Below are positions 1 through 13,029 of a DNA stretch of 64,000 nucleotides, in pieces. The stretch is taken from positions 2,046,001 to 2,110,000 of the forward strand of contig NC_092349.1 of assembly GCF_963676685.1 (NCBI RefSeq). Reading direction: 5' to 3'. The translations under genes and the position numbers were made by a program. The notes beneath the pieces were generated by a model, which worked only from the letters and a program-made list of their open reading frames with translations, was not told where the DNA came from and searched no databases. The first letter of the stretch is position 1, and each line of letters opens with the position of its first letter. Origin of the DNA: Mytilus edulis. Lineage: Eukaryota.

Positions 1-1434
1 TGATACAACTTAAAAAATAATTTGTTATACCTATTAGTTAATTATTATTGTTTGTTTTTGTAACAAACGACGCGAAGAACAGAGTGCATGATCCGGTAAT
101 GAGCATAAACAAAAACGTTTTATGATATTTGTTTTACATCTTTTAAATACTGTTCAACCGATTACTTAAGGAGACCTAGTCTTGTAATTAGCCCAATCCC
201 AACTTGACTAACTCAACAAAAAGAAAAATCGCATTACTTTTTGAATTCCAAATGTGCAGCCATCTCTTTATGTGTAATTGACTCTGCTTTCGGTTGATTA
301 AAACAAGCACCTATGTTATAGAAAAGTATCTAATAGAACATAATACTAAATACGGCTCTTACATGTCTAAATAGATATAAGAGTGTCAATGAAAAACTCT
401 TCAATGACATCCACGTTGCAATTTTTGATACAAATAATCATTATAGGTCAAACACGAATTTTTTACTCAAACCGAACAGTAAGCTATAAAGGTCACCAAA
501 ATGACCCGTGTAAAGCTATTCAAAAAAGAAAAAAAAGGTATAATCTATAATTAAAAACGAAAAGCGAGAAAACTCATGAATCACTGACTTTGTACATGAG
601 CAAACCAATGCAGTGGGTTCAAACGTTTTAACAGTCGCCAACATTCAATCTATTCTGCAAACAGTAGTACAACCTTACACCATAGAAAGAAATACTATAA
701 ACATTCAATTAAAGTGGCTAAACTCGATAAAAAAATAAAATATTAAGAAAACCAAGTAAACATACACTGCACAAAAAGATTTGACATATGACACATATAA
801 ATACAATATGAATACATTGTCAAGAAGACAACTATAACCTTAAACAAAATGGCGTTGAATAAAATAACGTCCACAGGTAACTTTAGATATATATTAAACT
901 TGTTGTTCTTAGTACGAGACCAGAAGTTACAATTTATCTCAATACTACACACTTATCAAAGATGGTACATATAAAAAAGGGAAACGAGATATAACACAAA
1001 ACAAGCAGACATTGATTAACAAAAAAACATAATTAATCTCGTCAACAGGTCAAATCATCACAAGCGTACGATTTGAGAGTACTCGCTGTATAGAAGGATT
1101 GTCGAAGTCAAAACATATGCGTTGGTATTTAGATGTGTACCACCAAAACAAGAACATATTACGACAAATCCGGTTTCTTGCTAGTAAGAAAATGAAAACA
1201 TGTATTTCAGTTTATTTTTAAAAAAATCAGTTTTTTCGTCTAGCCAGTTCAATTTCATGACAAATGGGGAAAAATATGTGCTATTGGGATGTTTAAATTC
1301 TCAGAGTAACCTTTGTATAATATTCAAATGATTTATGCTGATGAAAAGAACGTTTGATCATTTTCATGCGGCGTGATTTGGCGTTTTCGAAGAAATTCTT
1401 CTCAAAACGTTTTCATGGTAATGTCGTCTGATAT

Positions 1435-1693
1435 GAGCTGCGTCGGATATAAATCGACCTTATGCAAACGAATATTAGTCATTATCAATGCATCTACGAA
1501 CTTATTTCAGTTTGAAAAAGTCTGTATGCAAAATCTGTAACTGTATTGAAATCGAATTGCTGTAGAAACCATATCAAACAGACCAACATTCATCTTTAAT
1601 ATTGTATTTTGATGTTCCAAAACCAATCAAAGTGTTTTACATGTACATGTTGATATGCACTTGCATAAGGTTGATTTTTATCCGAAGCAGCTC
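1435..1693. mobile_element. MITE with ~33-bp imperfect TIRs (GAG...CTC termini, ATAT flanks; Sola-like)
   Basis: gagctgcgtcggatataaatcgaccttatgcaa (1435-1467) is the imperfect reverse complement of ttgcataaggttgatttttatccgaagcagctc (1661-1693); ATAT on both flanks. Confidence 0.65.
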
Positions 1694-2169
1694 ATATTAT
1701 ACTGATTTATCTTAAACTATTGAACTGAGATTGACAATATTGGACACTATGTTTGAAATAACTAGTAAATCTAATTAAAAAACAAAACAAGATCGAATGC
1801 AGTTTATTAAAGATTTGTGATAAGTGTAATACCACCTAAATATAGTACGTAATCCGGTTTCTTGTTTTAAAGGGATCGGAAAAAATCTGTTTACTCTCAC
1901 AGTTGTAAGCATTTCAATATTGCAAAAAAACTTATTTGAATCAATAGCATATGTCTTTAAAGCATTAACGCATTGTTTTATCTGGTGCCACTATAAAAGG
2001 TTTTGGAAACTTTGATAACTAAAGTTTGTAAACAGGTAAAATGAGGTAAAACTTCTGGTTATGGTTATTATTTTTCTATACAAAGCAATGTAATGGTGTG
2101 CATGTTGTGTGTGACATTCCAACTCTAGTACTCGACATGATTGTTGTGTTTACACTTTGGTGTTGATAG

Positions 2170-2438
2170 GAATATCAATATAATGTAGTCATTTTTATAA
2201 ATTTCCTGTTTACAAAACTTTGAATTTTTTGGAAAAACTAAGGATTTTCTTATCCCAGGCACATATTACCTTAGCCGTATTTGGCACAACATTTTGGAAT
2301 TTTGGACCCTCAATGCTTTCAACTTTGTCCTTGTTCGGCTTTATACATATTTTGATATGAGCGTCTCTGATGAGTCTTATGCAGACGAAACGCGCCTCTG
2401 GCGTACTAAATTATAATCCTGGTACCTTTGATAACTAT
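2170..2438 (+). mobile_element. Hammerhead-containing dispersed repeat (retrozyme / Penelope-associated)
   Basis: Carries an HHR core; related, more degenerate copies near 16640, 34420, 41860, 48760 and a cleaner copy at 62221; boundaries approximate. Confidence 0.7.
2362..2403 (+). ncRNA. Minimal type I hammerhead ribozyme (stem III mutated)
   Basis: cgtct-CTGATGA-gtc ttatgca gac-GAAA-cgcgcc-TC-tggcg; core boxes intact, but C at 2396 (G in the 62221 copy) breaks the stem III pair. Confidence 0.75.
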
Positions 2439-2869
2439 TCAAACTTATCAAGGCAACACATAGAACTTAACTAAAATGTTATAAACTACGAAGATTCTAT
2501 TTAAACATATATGTATAAGTATATTTTGTGTTTCGTGTTTGTTATACTAATCAATCAACAGTAATTAAAAAAGCACAAATGGATAACTATGGACAGTGTA
2601 TTATACAAAGAAATAATTTGAAAATATTCGACGGTTAAAATTATGAATTTCAATTGTCGTTTGCATTTGATAGATCTGCTGACAAGTCATTTTATGTTTA
2701 TTGATTACAATAAACAATAAAATAGATGTTTGCACACAAGTTTGATTGTGTTAATATATGATTTATGATATTAAAGTAAGACATTATTGAAATTTCATGC
2801 ACTCAACTTCTACTTTGCTCGACAACAAGGCCGTCCAATGAGTAAACGAGTTGATACTTTTATTTATTT

Positions 2870-4783
2870 CTAACATGATTGTAATTTATATAGTCTTATT
2901 AACTCTGTTTTATCTATTACAGACAACAGATTTCGACCAACGACTAAACTATTTCCGTCACCGAAGTAATTAGGAATTTTTAATGTTGACACTGGTTTCA
3001 AATCACCATCAACCGACAGAACACGCACTGCTTTTGATTCACGTAAGAATACATATATTTTACCATCATCAAAACAAACGCCTTCTGGGGTGTCATTTAA
3101 ATCGTATGTCCATTTGACGCGTGCATTTTGATTGAAACAAGAAATAAAACTGTTGGTTTTAGTTTCAATGCTAACTACTATATTCCCATTTGGAAGACAA
3201 CATATGCTTTTTAGAGGCATGATAAAAGGATCTCCAAACTCGTTTGGTTCGCAAAGAAAATTTTCACTAAAATGTTTAAGAACATTTCCATCGACGTCGA
3301 TGATGTCAATATGCGATGTTACACCACGTGACCAATCAAAGTTAACTCTTTTCTTTGAAGCACCACTGGGACTTGAATGACTAATGACTGCAAAAGTACA
3401 ATCCGGCAACTGAGAGATACTAAAGTACGCATTTTCAGTTACTTTTTCGGATATAATACTCAAACTGTTATAAGTTGATAAACGGATAAGACGCGATTGT
3501 TTCCCAGGGGAAGTAACTAAGACATCGTCGTTTTCATGGATATTGGTGATGTCGTATATACCTTGAATCAGAACTTCATCAATGAATTGATTTTCAATAG
3601 TGTCTCTGAATCTTTGTACCTTAAAGTTTGCATTATCTATAGCAATTATGGAATGTCCATGAATAATTACACCTGTAAATCTTGCAGTTATTTTATTTTC
3701 TGATTCACTCGGATCACGTTGAATTGCTAGAAACGGGTCAAGTTCTAATGCACGAAGAGGTAAAACGTCTGATGAAAATTTGATGCGCTTGCTGCATACT
3801 GTGGCTTCTGTGTCCTCGAAGTCGACTGCATCAGCAGGAACAACATGAACCGTTCCTATCGGTTGATCAATCAGTGTTTCACATAAATTCAGAAACTTTT
3901 CGTTTAGTTCCAGTTTAAGCTCAATTGGATTATCTGATACCGCAAGCGAATAAAGCAGATCCGTATTTTTCTGCAGACTTTCCGGAATTTTTGACAACAC
4001 GGTCAAAATGTCTTTAGTTGAAGTCAGGGATTTTGATAATTCTACTTCATCACGGATTCGTTTTAAATCTTTAACAATTCCTTCTGTTCTTTTCTTCAAT
4101 TCTTCTACGTTTGTAACGCTATCAACTTTGCTCAATATGTCTAAACATTTTCGATTTATCATTTTCTCAAAATCTTGAACAATTGTCTTCAATTTGTAAA
4201 TAGTACTTCTTATCTGCTGCCTTGATTGCACCAATAATTGATCTTTGTCGATCTCTTTAAAGACAATATCCTGTCCGGTGATTATTAAATTTTCTATTTC
4301 GTCATACGCATCTCTCAATTTTTCCCTTGCTAAGTCGGCACACTTTTTGAAATTTTTGCAATTACATTCGGTACCCCTATGATTCTCAACAGCACATTCG
4401 GAACATATAATTTTATAACACCCAAAACAGAAAAAGTCACACAAGTTTTGTGGGTGATCGGAACATAGTATACCATCTTTAGGTTTTGTTTCCGTTTTTG
4501 TATCACCTGATATAGCCTGGAGTAGCAGTAGAGATAACTCGTCTGTTGGAAAGGAACTAGCCCATTGTTCTGCTGATATGGTATAAGATGACGCTGTAAT
4601 CTCGCGTCTATCCACAGGACACGAGAATTTGTTAAAACGTCTAGTTGATTCTATCAATTGGGTTAAACATTCAAAGCATATCGAATGGTCACATGGTAAT
4701 AGTTTCGGATCTTTTAAAGTGTCCCGACATATAGGACAGGATAAATGATCAGATGTTATATTATCTGCTAGTCTTCTCTGCAT
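2870..4783 (-). CDS. TRIM E3 ubiquitin ligase (RING, B-box, coiled coil, NHL-like beta-propeller), paralog 1, 637 aa
   Basis: RING CPIC..LPCDHSICFEC..CPVDR; B-box CSDH..FCFGC..ICSEC..H; helical region; C-terminal propeller-like repeats. ATG 4783 (MQRRLAD) follows acceptor ttttatAG (4786-4785), so the ORF-track start at 4801 is intronic. Confidence 0.92.
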   Translation of the reverse strand: MQRRLADNITSDHLSCPICRDTLKDPKLLPCDHSICFECLTQLIESTRRFNKFSCPVDRREITASSYTISAEQWASSFPTDELSLLLLQAISGDTKTETKPKDGILCSDHPQNLCDFFCFGCYKIICSECAVENHRGTECNCKNFKKCADLAREKLRDAYDEIENLIITGQDIVFKEIDKDQLLVQSRQQIRSTIYKLKTIVQDFEKMINRKCLDILSKVDSVTNVEELKKRTEGIVKDLKRIRDEVELSKSLTSTKDILTVLSKIPESLQKNTDLLYSLAVSDNPIELKLELNEKFLNLCETLIDQPIGTVHVVPADAVDFEDTEATVCSKRIKFSSDVLPLRALELDPFLAIQRDPSESENKITARFTGVIIHGHSIIAIDNANFKVQRFRDTIENQFIDEVLIQGIYDITNIHENDDVLVTSPGKQSRLIRLSTYNSLSIISEKVTENAYFSISQLPDCTFAVISHSSPSGASKKRVNFDWSRGVTSHIDIIDVDGNVLKHFSENFLCEPNEFGDPFIMPLKSICCLPNGNIVVSIETKTNSFISCFNQNARVKWTYDLNDTPEGVCFDDGKIYVFLRESKAVRVLSVDGDLKPVSTLKIPNYFGDGNSLVVGRNLLSVIDKTELIRLYKLQSC

Positions 4784-4845
4784 TCTATAAAAGGAATACA
4801 AATCTATATGTTAATTTAGAAATATTCTCAGGCATAATATTATTA

Positions 4846-5437
4846 GTTACATAGTGTGCTAGTGACCTAATACGGTATATATGGGGTCAGTAAATTCCAT
4901 ATGGGGTGAGAGCGAAGAAGCTCGAATCCCCATATGGAATTTACTGACCCCATATATACCGTATTAGGTCACTAGCACACTATGTAACGAATTTATCTTA
5001 CCGACTATCTTAACTTGTGAAATTTAGACTAGTGTCCTATCAAAATGAGCAAGTCTTCAATACTTTTAGCATTAAGAAACTACTTCCATTGATCCTACAA
5101 AAACAGATACCAACAATAACAACTTGTTAGGTTTAAATGTGTTTTATGAATTTATTTCAATCTTAATCATCACTTTCTTCGTCTGTTGAAACCTTTAAGA
5201 TTTTTTCTCAGTACCGTTTTGTTTTTAGAAAGGGACGTAACACCACTACTAACCGTGTATGAAATAAGCCCCGCCTCCCTACTACCTTATAAGGAATATT
5301 AACGGACATAACTCCACTACTAACCGTGTATGAGATAAGCCCCGCCTCCCTACTAACCTAATATCAAATATACACGGTCTCCACGAGGGCGCTTTTAACC
5401 AATCACATTCCTAGAAATGTATAGGAGGTAAGATAAA
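4846..5437. mobile_element. Non-autonomous element with a 61-bp-arm perfect terminal palindrome, in the TRIM1 intron
   Basis: Arms 4846-4906 and 4928-4988; 11-bp inverted repeat 4992-5002/5427-5437; internal 42-bp direct repeat 5243-5284/5314-5355; diverged left-arm remnant at ~12665-12735. Confidence 0.65.
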
Positions 5438-5914
5438 GTAAGATCTGATGCTCTAACAATGTTGTAGAGAGTTTAAAGTTATTGCTTGACAATAACAAAA
5501 CAAAGATAGTTCATACCAGTAGAATAACTTTTTAGAATCAAACATTTGTTAATGTTCATGGCCGGACTGAATATGTGTGAAATGTATGCCACTGGACGTA
5601 AACAACGTGTTTTGTGATTGGAAGATCAATCATTTATCGAATATAAAATAACAATAAACAAAAGAGAAACTAAAAGAATGAAAAATAATCGGCCGCAATT
5701 AACTTTTTTATTTTTAATTTAGAAAAAACAGTTAGAGAAGATTTGGTATTGACAGTCTTTTTTGACCGACAAAGACAACACAGATGAAATTAAATATACT
5801 GTAAGAATTCGATACAGATTCGAAACCAATGACTTTTGTATGTTACTTTTTCATTAATATTATTGCCAATATAATACACAGAAATACACACAACTATATA
5901 ATGTCTTTTGATTT

Positions 5915-6390
5915 ACTTACATTTTGCTCAATTACATTCAGGTAATGAGTATCACTCGAACTCTGCAGAATAAAAACTAAATTATATTATTTCTTTAAGG
6001 TAGAGATCAATTTCCGACAATGAAATATACAAAAAGTGTGTATTTTGATTTTATACTTACATTTTACTCTTTCAGCGTAAAGAACAGTGAGGAATCAAAT
6101 AGAAATGTATAATGATATTATTTCTTTACGATTAAAATGAGCAACTTTTTACATGAACATAAATACAATGTACATGCAATGCACTTTTAATATTTACTCA
6201 CATTTTCAATGCAGAATCGAAACTAAGTATTGTTGAATATTGTTTAAATTTAGAAAAATCATATGATTATATGACGTACATATACCACTTAAACTATGAC
6301 ACCAGGATTGTGTTAACATGGTTAAAAAGTATATACAAAGTTAGGAAGTTTTACTTCAGTGATTTAATTATGAACATAGGGAAATTTGCC
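5915..6390 (-). promoter_or_regulatory. TRIM upstream module copy 1 (5'UTR exon donors plus putative promoter)
   Basis: Minus-strand donors GTAAGT 5920, GTAAGT 6060, GTGAGT 6201; on the + strand GAATCGAAACT 6214-6224, TGACGTA 6272-6278, GGGAAATTTGCC 6379-6390; homologous to three other copies. Confidence 0.65.
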
Positions 6391-8428
6391 AGTATATACA
6401 ATATATACATGTATATTAAATAACGTTTTACGGATTGTTTTAATACGAATTATATGCTAATTGAATGTATAAGGAGAGACAATCCTTAATTAAAAATGTT
6501 GAAGTATATGACATTATGTTGTTAATTAATAACTCTGTTTACTACATATTTTGGTATTTATATTCATTCACTCATATGGTCTATGCATCAGGAATAAACA
6601 TTTTAGTTTTTATTATAAAACAAGTTGTTGGCAAGATTTGGGTAATGTTCTGCTCATATATTGTATTATGATATGACACTAAAGTCCTAACGAGAGGAAT
6701 TGTGCTTGATTTTCATATGCTGCAGACATAAGCTTTAACCGACGTTGTTTTTTTAGAAACACTTCCGGGTGCTGAATTTCCCCGCTGCGTCCATTTATTT
6801 GAGTTTTATGTCACATTTTGATAATCTTTATTTATCTTTCATTACATTTTACTGTCATTATTGAGGTTGTACTGTAGTTAAACATATACCCTCGGTATTT
6901 ACCGTCTTTGGGTGGGTTAACTTTATGTTCGTTTCTAAAAAAATATACCCTTGAATGGAAAGTTCACACATGTGTATTTATACTATTAACATTCCCAAAA
7001 CAGGCATGGTTTGTGAAACAGCTGTATTTACAAAGTGCAACCTACACAATTCGTTTTTCGTTGTTGTTGTTGAAATGTTTTCTTTTCCCTTCTCTTTTAT
7101 TGGGGAGAGGAAAAGGGAGTTCGCACTTAACTTACACATTCTTTTGTGGTAGGGATCAGCAGCTGAGAAAATTATTAAAATTTTCATGTTTTCCAAATTC
7201 AGAAAACTGCATAAGCTTTCATTTATAATTTACAATTTATATTTTATTACCAACGCCATTTCATTGAGAGCATACATAGATTTGTCAAATTATATCTAAC
7301 TTTAAGGCAGTTTAGAATGCTTGTTTAAATGCAGCGAACATGCGGGAAAATATGACAAAATCAGCAATCTTATAGTCAATCAAAGTTTCAAAACTCCATC
7401 TTAGATTATGAAGCATGGACATTACCTATTCCAGCGTCTCACAATTACCACTGATAACTTCATAAGTGACATTAAAGTTTGTTTTGTTTGTAGTTTTTAT
7501 TTATCTTAATCTTTTATTAATTTGTTTGACAAAAAGACTCTCAATTTTATTACGTCATTTCATTGAGAGCAAAAACAGATTTGTCACAAAATGGTCATTA
7601 TTTATCAGACCATATATTTATTGCACCCAGATGCGGCGGAAATCTTATATATCTAATTAAATTAAATTGCTTGTGTATAGTGTGGTATTTAGAAAATAAG
7701 GATTTTAGAGGGTGTACTACGTCGCTGCTAAACAAAGTGATAAGTTATTGATGTTCAGTCCGTCTGTATCTCCCCGCTCAGATTATAATAAAATTGCATA
7801 TTACGGCTTTGCGACGTCTAATACGTTAACTCCGTCTTTTGACCGGACCATATGCCTATATAACCCTGCTCAGTCGCTATGTTATTCTCGTTTCACGGCC
7901 TTGAGACGAGAGCAGGCATTATCTGCGACGTCACAATGGTTTTCGTCGTATAGATATCGTAAAATATCAGCCGCTCGACACAATGTATAAAGCTCACTCG
8001 CTTATAGGTTTCACATTGTGCCTCGCGGCTGATGTTTAACGATATCAATGTGTAGAAAATCCGATAATCTGTGCACTTGTGAAACATAACAAATGTACTA
8101 GATAAAACATTGTTGACATATTTATATTGTAAAATATCCAATATACTGATAACATTATAATCGATACATAGATAATGCCGAACTCAGAAACAGCGGTTAC
8201 TGTCCTCTTTACTACGCTACGTTGACATGATAGTTTAGTGAAGCAACGTCACCACTGTTTCGGAGTTTGATCTGATGCAATTTCTGTTTATCCCATTCGA
8301 CACATATTTTTAACTTATTGATTGAGTAAAAATATCTTTTAAAGAAATGAACCAAAACTGTATGTTCCCGCTTCTTGAAGTATATGCTTAATTTTCTCTA
8401 TAAAAATAGACTAAATGTTTTGTATTTT

Positions 8429-8759
8429 CTTACATTTTACTTATTGACATTCATGTAAAACAGTGAGGAATGCAATACTGTATTAAAATGTATGTAACTA
8501 TGTGTATGTTATTATTTCTAATATAATTATAATCAATTTTCTAGATATAAATTGACAAACCATGTGTATTTTGACATACTCACATGTTCAATACAGAATC
8601 GAAACTAATTTGTTTTTTTCTGAATACAGTTATTACGTACATGTACACAAAACATAAACAATCAACACTATGGACACAGGATTGTGTGGCAGTCTATATA
8701 TAAAGTTGGAAAGTTTATTTCTGAATAAGTGATTTATTACGCATAAAGGGGAATTTGCC
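8429..8759 (-). promoter_or_regulatory. TRIM upstream module copy 2 (no coding exon of its own)
   Basis: Donors at 8433 and 8583; GAATCGAAACT 8596-8606; TTACGTA 8633-8639; GGGGAATTTGCC 8748-8759; colinear with 6055-6390. Confidence 0.6.
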
Positions 8760-9261
8760 AATATCTATATATAGCATGTAATATTTAACTGGTTTATTTT
8801 TAAATCTGAAATTTATGTTAACCAGAGACATATATATGTATATATTGTCTCTTTGACACATTCCCCATATCCATTCTCAATTTTATAGTACAGTAAATAG
8901 ATAAAATTAGGACCTACATGTAATTACTAAACAATTCAGTAAATACTTGTAATTACTTATCAATTTAGTAATTACATATAATATTTACTGATTGGTACAG
9001 TGATGATATTAATTTAATTTACTGATTTTTTTTGTAATTTTTACAGCTTTTGACTGTCTTAACATTTTTCTTTTAATATTTTGGACATAATTCAAGAAAC
9101 CTTATTGAAAAGTGAAAACAACATATTATACATTTCATGCATATTGACCGCTTTTCTTGATAAACCTTCATGTAGAACACTCATAAGCGAATATTTGAAA
9201 GCCAAGGATTTATAAGGACGCAAAACGTTATAGAGCTATTATAATAAAAAAAAAAATTAAC

Positions 9262-9400
9262 TTTTATAGCTGACTATGCGGTATGGGCTTTGGTCATTGT
9301 TGAAGGCAGTACGGTGACCTATAGTTGTTTATTTCTTTGTCATTTTGGTGTCTTGAGGAGAGTCGTCTCATTGGCAATTATACCACATCTTTTTTTTTAT
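9262..9400 (+). repeat. 5'-truncated copy of an abundant non-LTR/SINE-like 3' end
   Basis: Same sequence at ~10590-10725, 34611-34818, 46990-47090 and reverse-complemented from 36068. Confidence 0.75.
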
Positions 9401-9827
9401 GAATAGACTAGCCCAACCATCTAAGGTCAACTTTGCCTGTGGGAGTTGACAGTAAAGGGGTACAGTTTGTAAGGTTTACTTGATGGTTAAGAAATCAAAG
9501 GTCCTTTTTTGTACAGTGTGTGTATTGAAACTGAAATCCTCAAATTTGACAACAATAAACCAAACTACCGAAAAAACCTGGCATTTTGTTAGATCAAAAT
9601 ATATCTCAGATAGTTGTATCAAAATCCAAGTTAATTTGAAAAAGTTATAGAAATAATTTAAGATGAATACTAGTATCTGGATTTAATCAATTCTTTTTTA
9701 CCTTTTAATTAAATTCTTTTATTTCACAGCAACGAACCAACACTACCAAATATCCTGGAATTTTGTAAGACCTATATTTAATTTAGTTAAATGGGCTGAT
9801 TCAAACCAGTCAAGACTAAATTCAAAG

Positions 9828-10915
9828 GTCAAGACTAGTCGAGACAGGTCGAGACAGGTCGATACTGATCATGCTAAGTCAAAACTTGTCAAAACATGTC
9901 GAGACTATTCAAGCCTTGGTCAAGACCATTTCAGACTACACCGAGATAATCAAATACTGAATCAGACCTATTAAGTAAAGTCGAGTACAGTTAAGAAAGT
10001 ACTGCCGAGATAACGTCAAGACTAGTCGAGTAAAATCTGTGATTTTACTGGTCGAGCACAAACTATGGTCTATTCAGACTCTGAGCAGTTTGTAGTGCAT
10101 TATGTAACCCTGTTTTAGGTCTGTACTATGATAGACTATGGTACAGATATATGGTAATGTGAACTGCAGTCACACAAGATAGCCAATAAAACTGATAAAT
10201 ATCAGTAAGACCTTCAGGCACCTATGATTGTCTATGGTACAAAGTTGTATGACTTCAAGTTACCTATAAACTATGAAACAGATAGACGCTATGGGAGCTG
10301 CAGGCACATATACATCTTATCGCTTATCTCGGCTGACCCGGCCGCTTGAACTTTTGACGCATGCAACAATCACTTTTCCGTTGTGGAAACCTGCAGTCAT
10401 CTATAATGAGCTACGGTACATACAGATAGCAGTGTGACCTGCAGGTACTTTTATAGCCTGAGGTACAGATAAGTATCATCTATGTCCCGCAGGCTCATAG
10501 TATAGGCTATAGTGCATATATAAGGTGAGGTGACCTAAAGGCTCCTATGATGGGCTATGGAACAGAGTTCATTATTTTGCACATAAATTAGACCGTTAAT
10601 TTTTTGGGCTTTGCTCATTATTATCACCGTAAGGGGACTTTCAGTTGTTTTGTTAATTTCTGTGTCATTGTGTCTATTGTGGAGAGCTGTCTCATTGACA
10701 ATAATATCACATCTTCGCTTTATATAGATGTACATGTATATGGGGCAGATATTTGGAGATGTGACCTGCAGGCACATATTACGGTCTATGGTACATATAA
10801 TTAGCAGTGTGACCTACAGAATCAAATGATAGGCGATGTTACATATCTTAATTGATGTAATTTTCAGGCACATTTGCTACAGATAAATTTTGATACGACA
10901 TGCATGCACCTGTAG
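9828..10915. repeat. Degenerate minisatellites (~10-bp gtcgagacta-like units, then ~40-45-bp units with acctgcagg..ctatggtaca)
   Basis: Recurrent gtc(a/g)agac in 9828-10080; recurrent ctatggtaca and ctgcaggca in 10130-10915, interrupted by a SINE-like end at ~10590-10725. Confidence 0.55.
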
Positions 10916-12738
10916 TATTGTTTATTATTGTACACGTAGGTTTGATAAGTGGTGTCTAGCAGTAATTCTTCACATAAGCCTTTATCACCGTTCAAAACAT
11001 AAACATGAACTAAAATTAAAAATCATACAAGACTAACAATGGAAAGAGGCTCCTGACTTGGGACATTCTCAAAATGGAGCGGAGTTAAGATGTTTGTGAG
11101 ATCTCAACCCTCCCCTTTACCTCTAAGAGACAACAACCCGACAAGAGAAGAAAACAGTCCTAGGTCACCAACGGGTCCTCTACTCAGCGAGAACATATCG
11201 CACCCGGATCTTATATTATTCATGTTATATGTTTGCATATTTTCAACATTCCCTGAAACGTTTCCTTGTTTTTTTCAAAAGAATAATTAATAGTATTTAA
11301 AAATCAAATACTACTATAATTTATTAATAATGTCAGTATACTAAAAGATATAAAAGCAAGAGGTATTCACCTGTGCATTTTACACTATTCTAAAATATGC
11401 TTCCCGTTAATTTAAACACCTCAAAATACGTTTTATATATAGTAATCAATGTCATAGTTGTGATCAGTGTATATTACATTACAATACAATATGACATAAT
11501 ACCATTAGACGCTTTACAATTCACACATATGTAAAAGAAGGTAAACAACTATCGTCTTACTTCTGAGAAGATCAAGTTATTTTTTTTTCTCGAAGAAACA
11601 AATATCGTTCGAATAAATAGGAACATAACATATTCACAGTCCTTTAATTAAACTTGACCAACGTGTTGATTTTTAGCTGTTGTTAATGTATTTTAATCTC
11701 AAATTTCAATGTCCAATAACTATCTGCAATAATTATTTGGGTAAACACTAACGAAGGGTGTTAATAGAAATATATATATGTGGTATGATGACTAGAGCGA
11801 ATAAGACATCTATCCATCCAAGTAATAATGTGTAAATTTATTCTAAAAAGTAAACAATTATAGGTCAACGAATAGCTTTCAACATGGAATTTCGACTCAC
11901 ACCCAAAATCAATCTATAACGGGCGCCAGTATAAAACAATCAAACAGTAAGACCAATGGTATAATCTATATAAAAAAAAAGAGAAACGAGAAAAACTTAT
12001 GAACCACATCAATAAACAAAACCCACTGAAGAAAGATCGGTTTAAACGTTCAAACAGGAGCTAACAATCACCATTTACTGACACAGTTGACTGTAGTGAA
12101 ACATAGAAAGACGCACTAAAAAATACTAATCAAAACGGTTATCCGCGATAAAAAAATGTTCCCCTTGTATCTTATATTTACAAAAAAATAAATAAAAAAT
12201 AAACATACACTTCACGAGTAAATTTGATCTCTAACAAAATGTACATACATTATTAATATAAAAAGAGAGACGTAAAACAATGTCCAATAAATAACATATC
12301 TTGAAGTACCTTCATAAACTCATCATTGTACCGTGATACAATGTTTATATGCCAAATGCGTATACACACATTAATTCAAAATGCATTTAAACAAAACGCA
12401 CATGGGGATGATAGAAACATTAATATCTTGGTTAATACCCTTATCAATTTACAGAAATGGACTCTTTTATATTTGCAAAATGATAGTTTACTGAAACCGT
12501 AAAACAAATTTTGAATTTGCTTATATATTTGGAAAACAGATAGTACTGTATTATTGCCAGCCGTTGTAGAAATAACCCATTTTATATTGATATGAATGAT
12601 TCATTATCAACATGTTCAAAATTGAGTATTTTGTATCATTAATAATTGTTATAGCATAATAATAGTAACATGGTGTGTAAGTGACATAATACGAGGAATT
12701 TGGGATTAGTAAATTCAACATTGGGTGAGAGCGAATGC

Positions 12739-12955
12739 ACTACTACTACTATGATAACTATAAGTTTTACTACAAATACTACTACAACTACTACTACTAC
12801 CACAACACTATTACTACAACTATAACTTATAGTTTTACTACTACTACGTCGTACTACTACTACTACTACTACTACGTCGTACTACTACTACTACGTACTA
12901 CTATTACTACTACTACTACTACGTACTTCTACTACTACGTACTACTATTACTACG

Positions 12956-12997
<42 letters not shown>

Positions 12998-13029
12998 GTA
13001 CTACTACTAATACGTACTACTACGTACTA
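12739..13029. repeat. (TAC)n microsatellite running into an assembly gap
   Basis: tactactac tracts with tacg interruptions; resumes briefly after the Ns. Confidence 0.95.

Noticed and set aside
3132-3380. Antisense ORF found at the same position in all three TRIM copies (also 14046-14291, 22308-22574)
   Set aside because: Explained as a shadow of conserved sense codons; starts differ and no independent coding signal is visible
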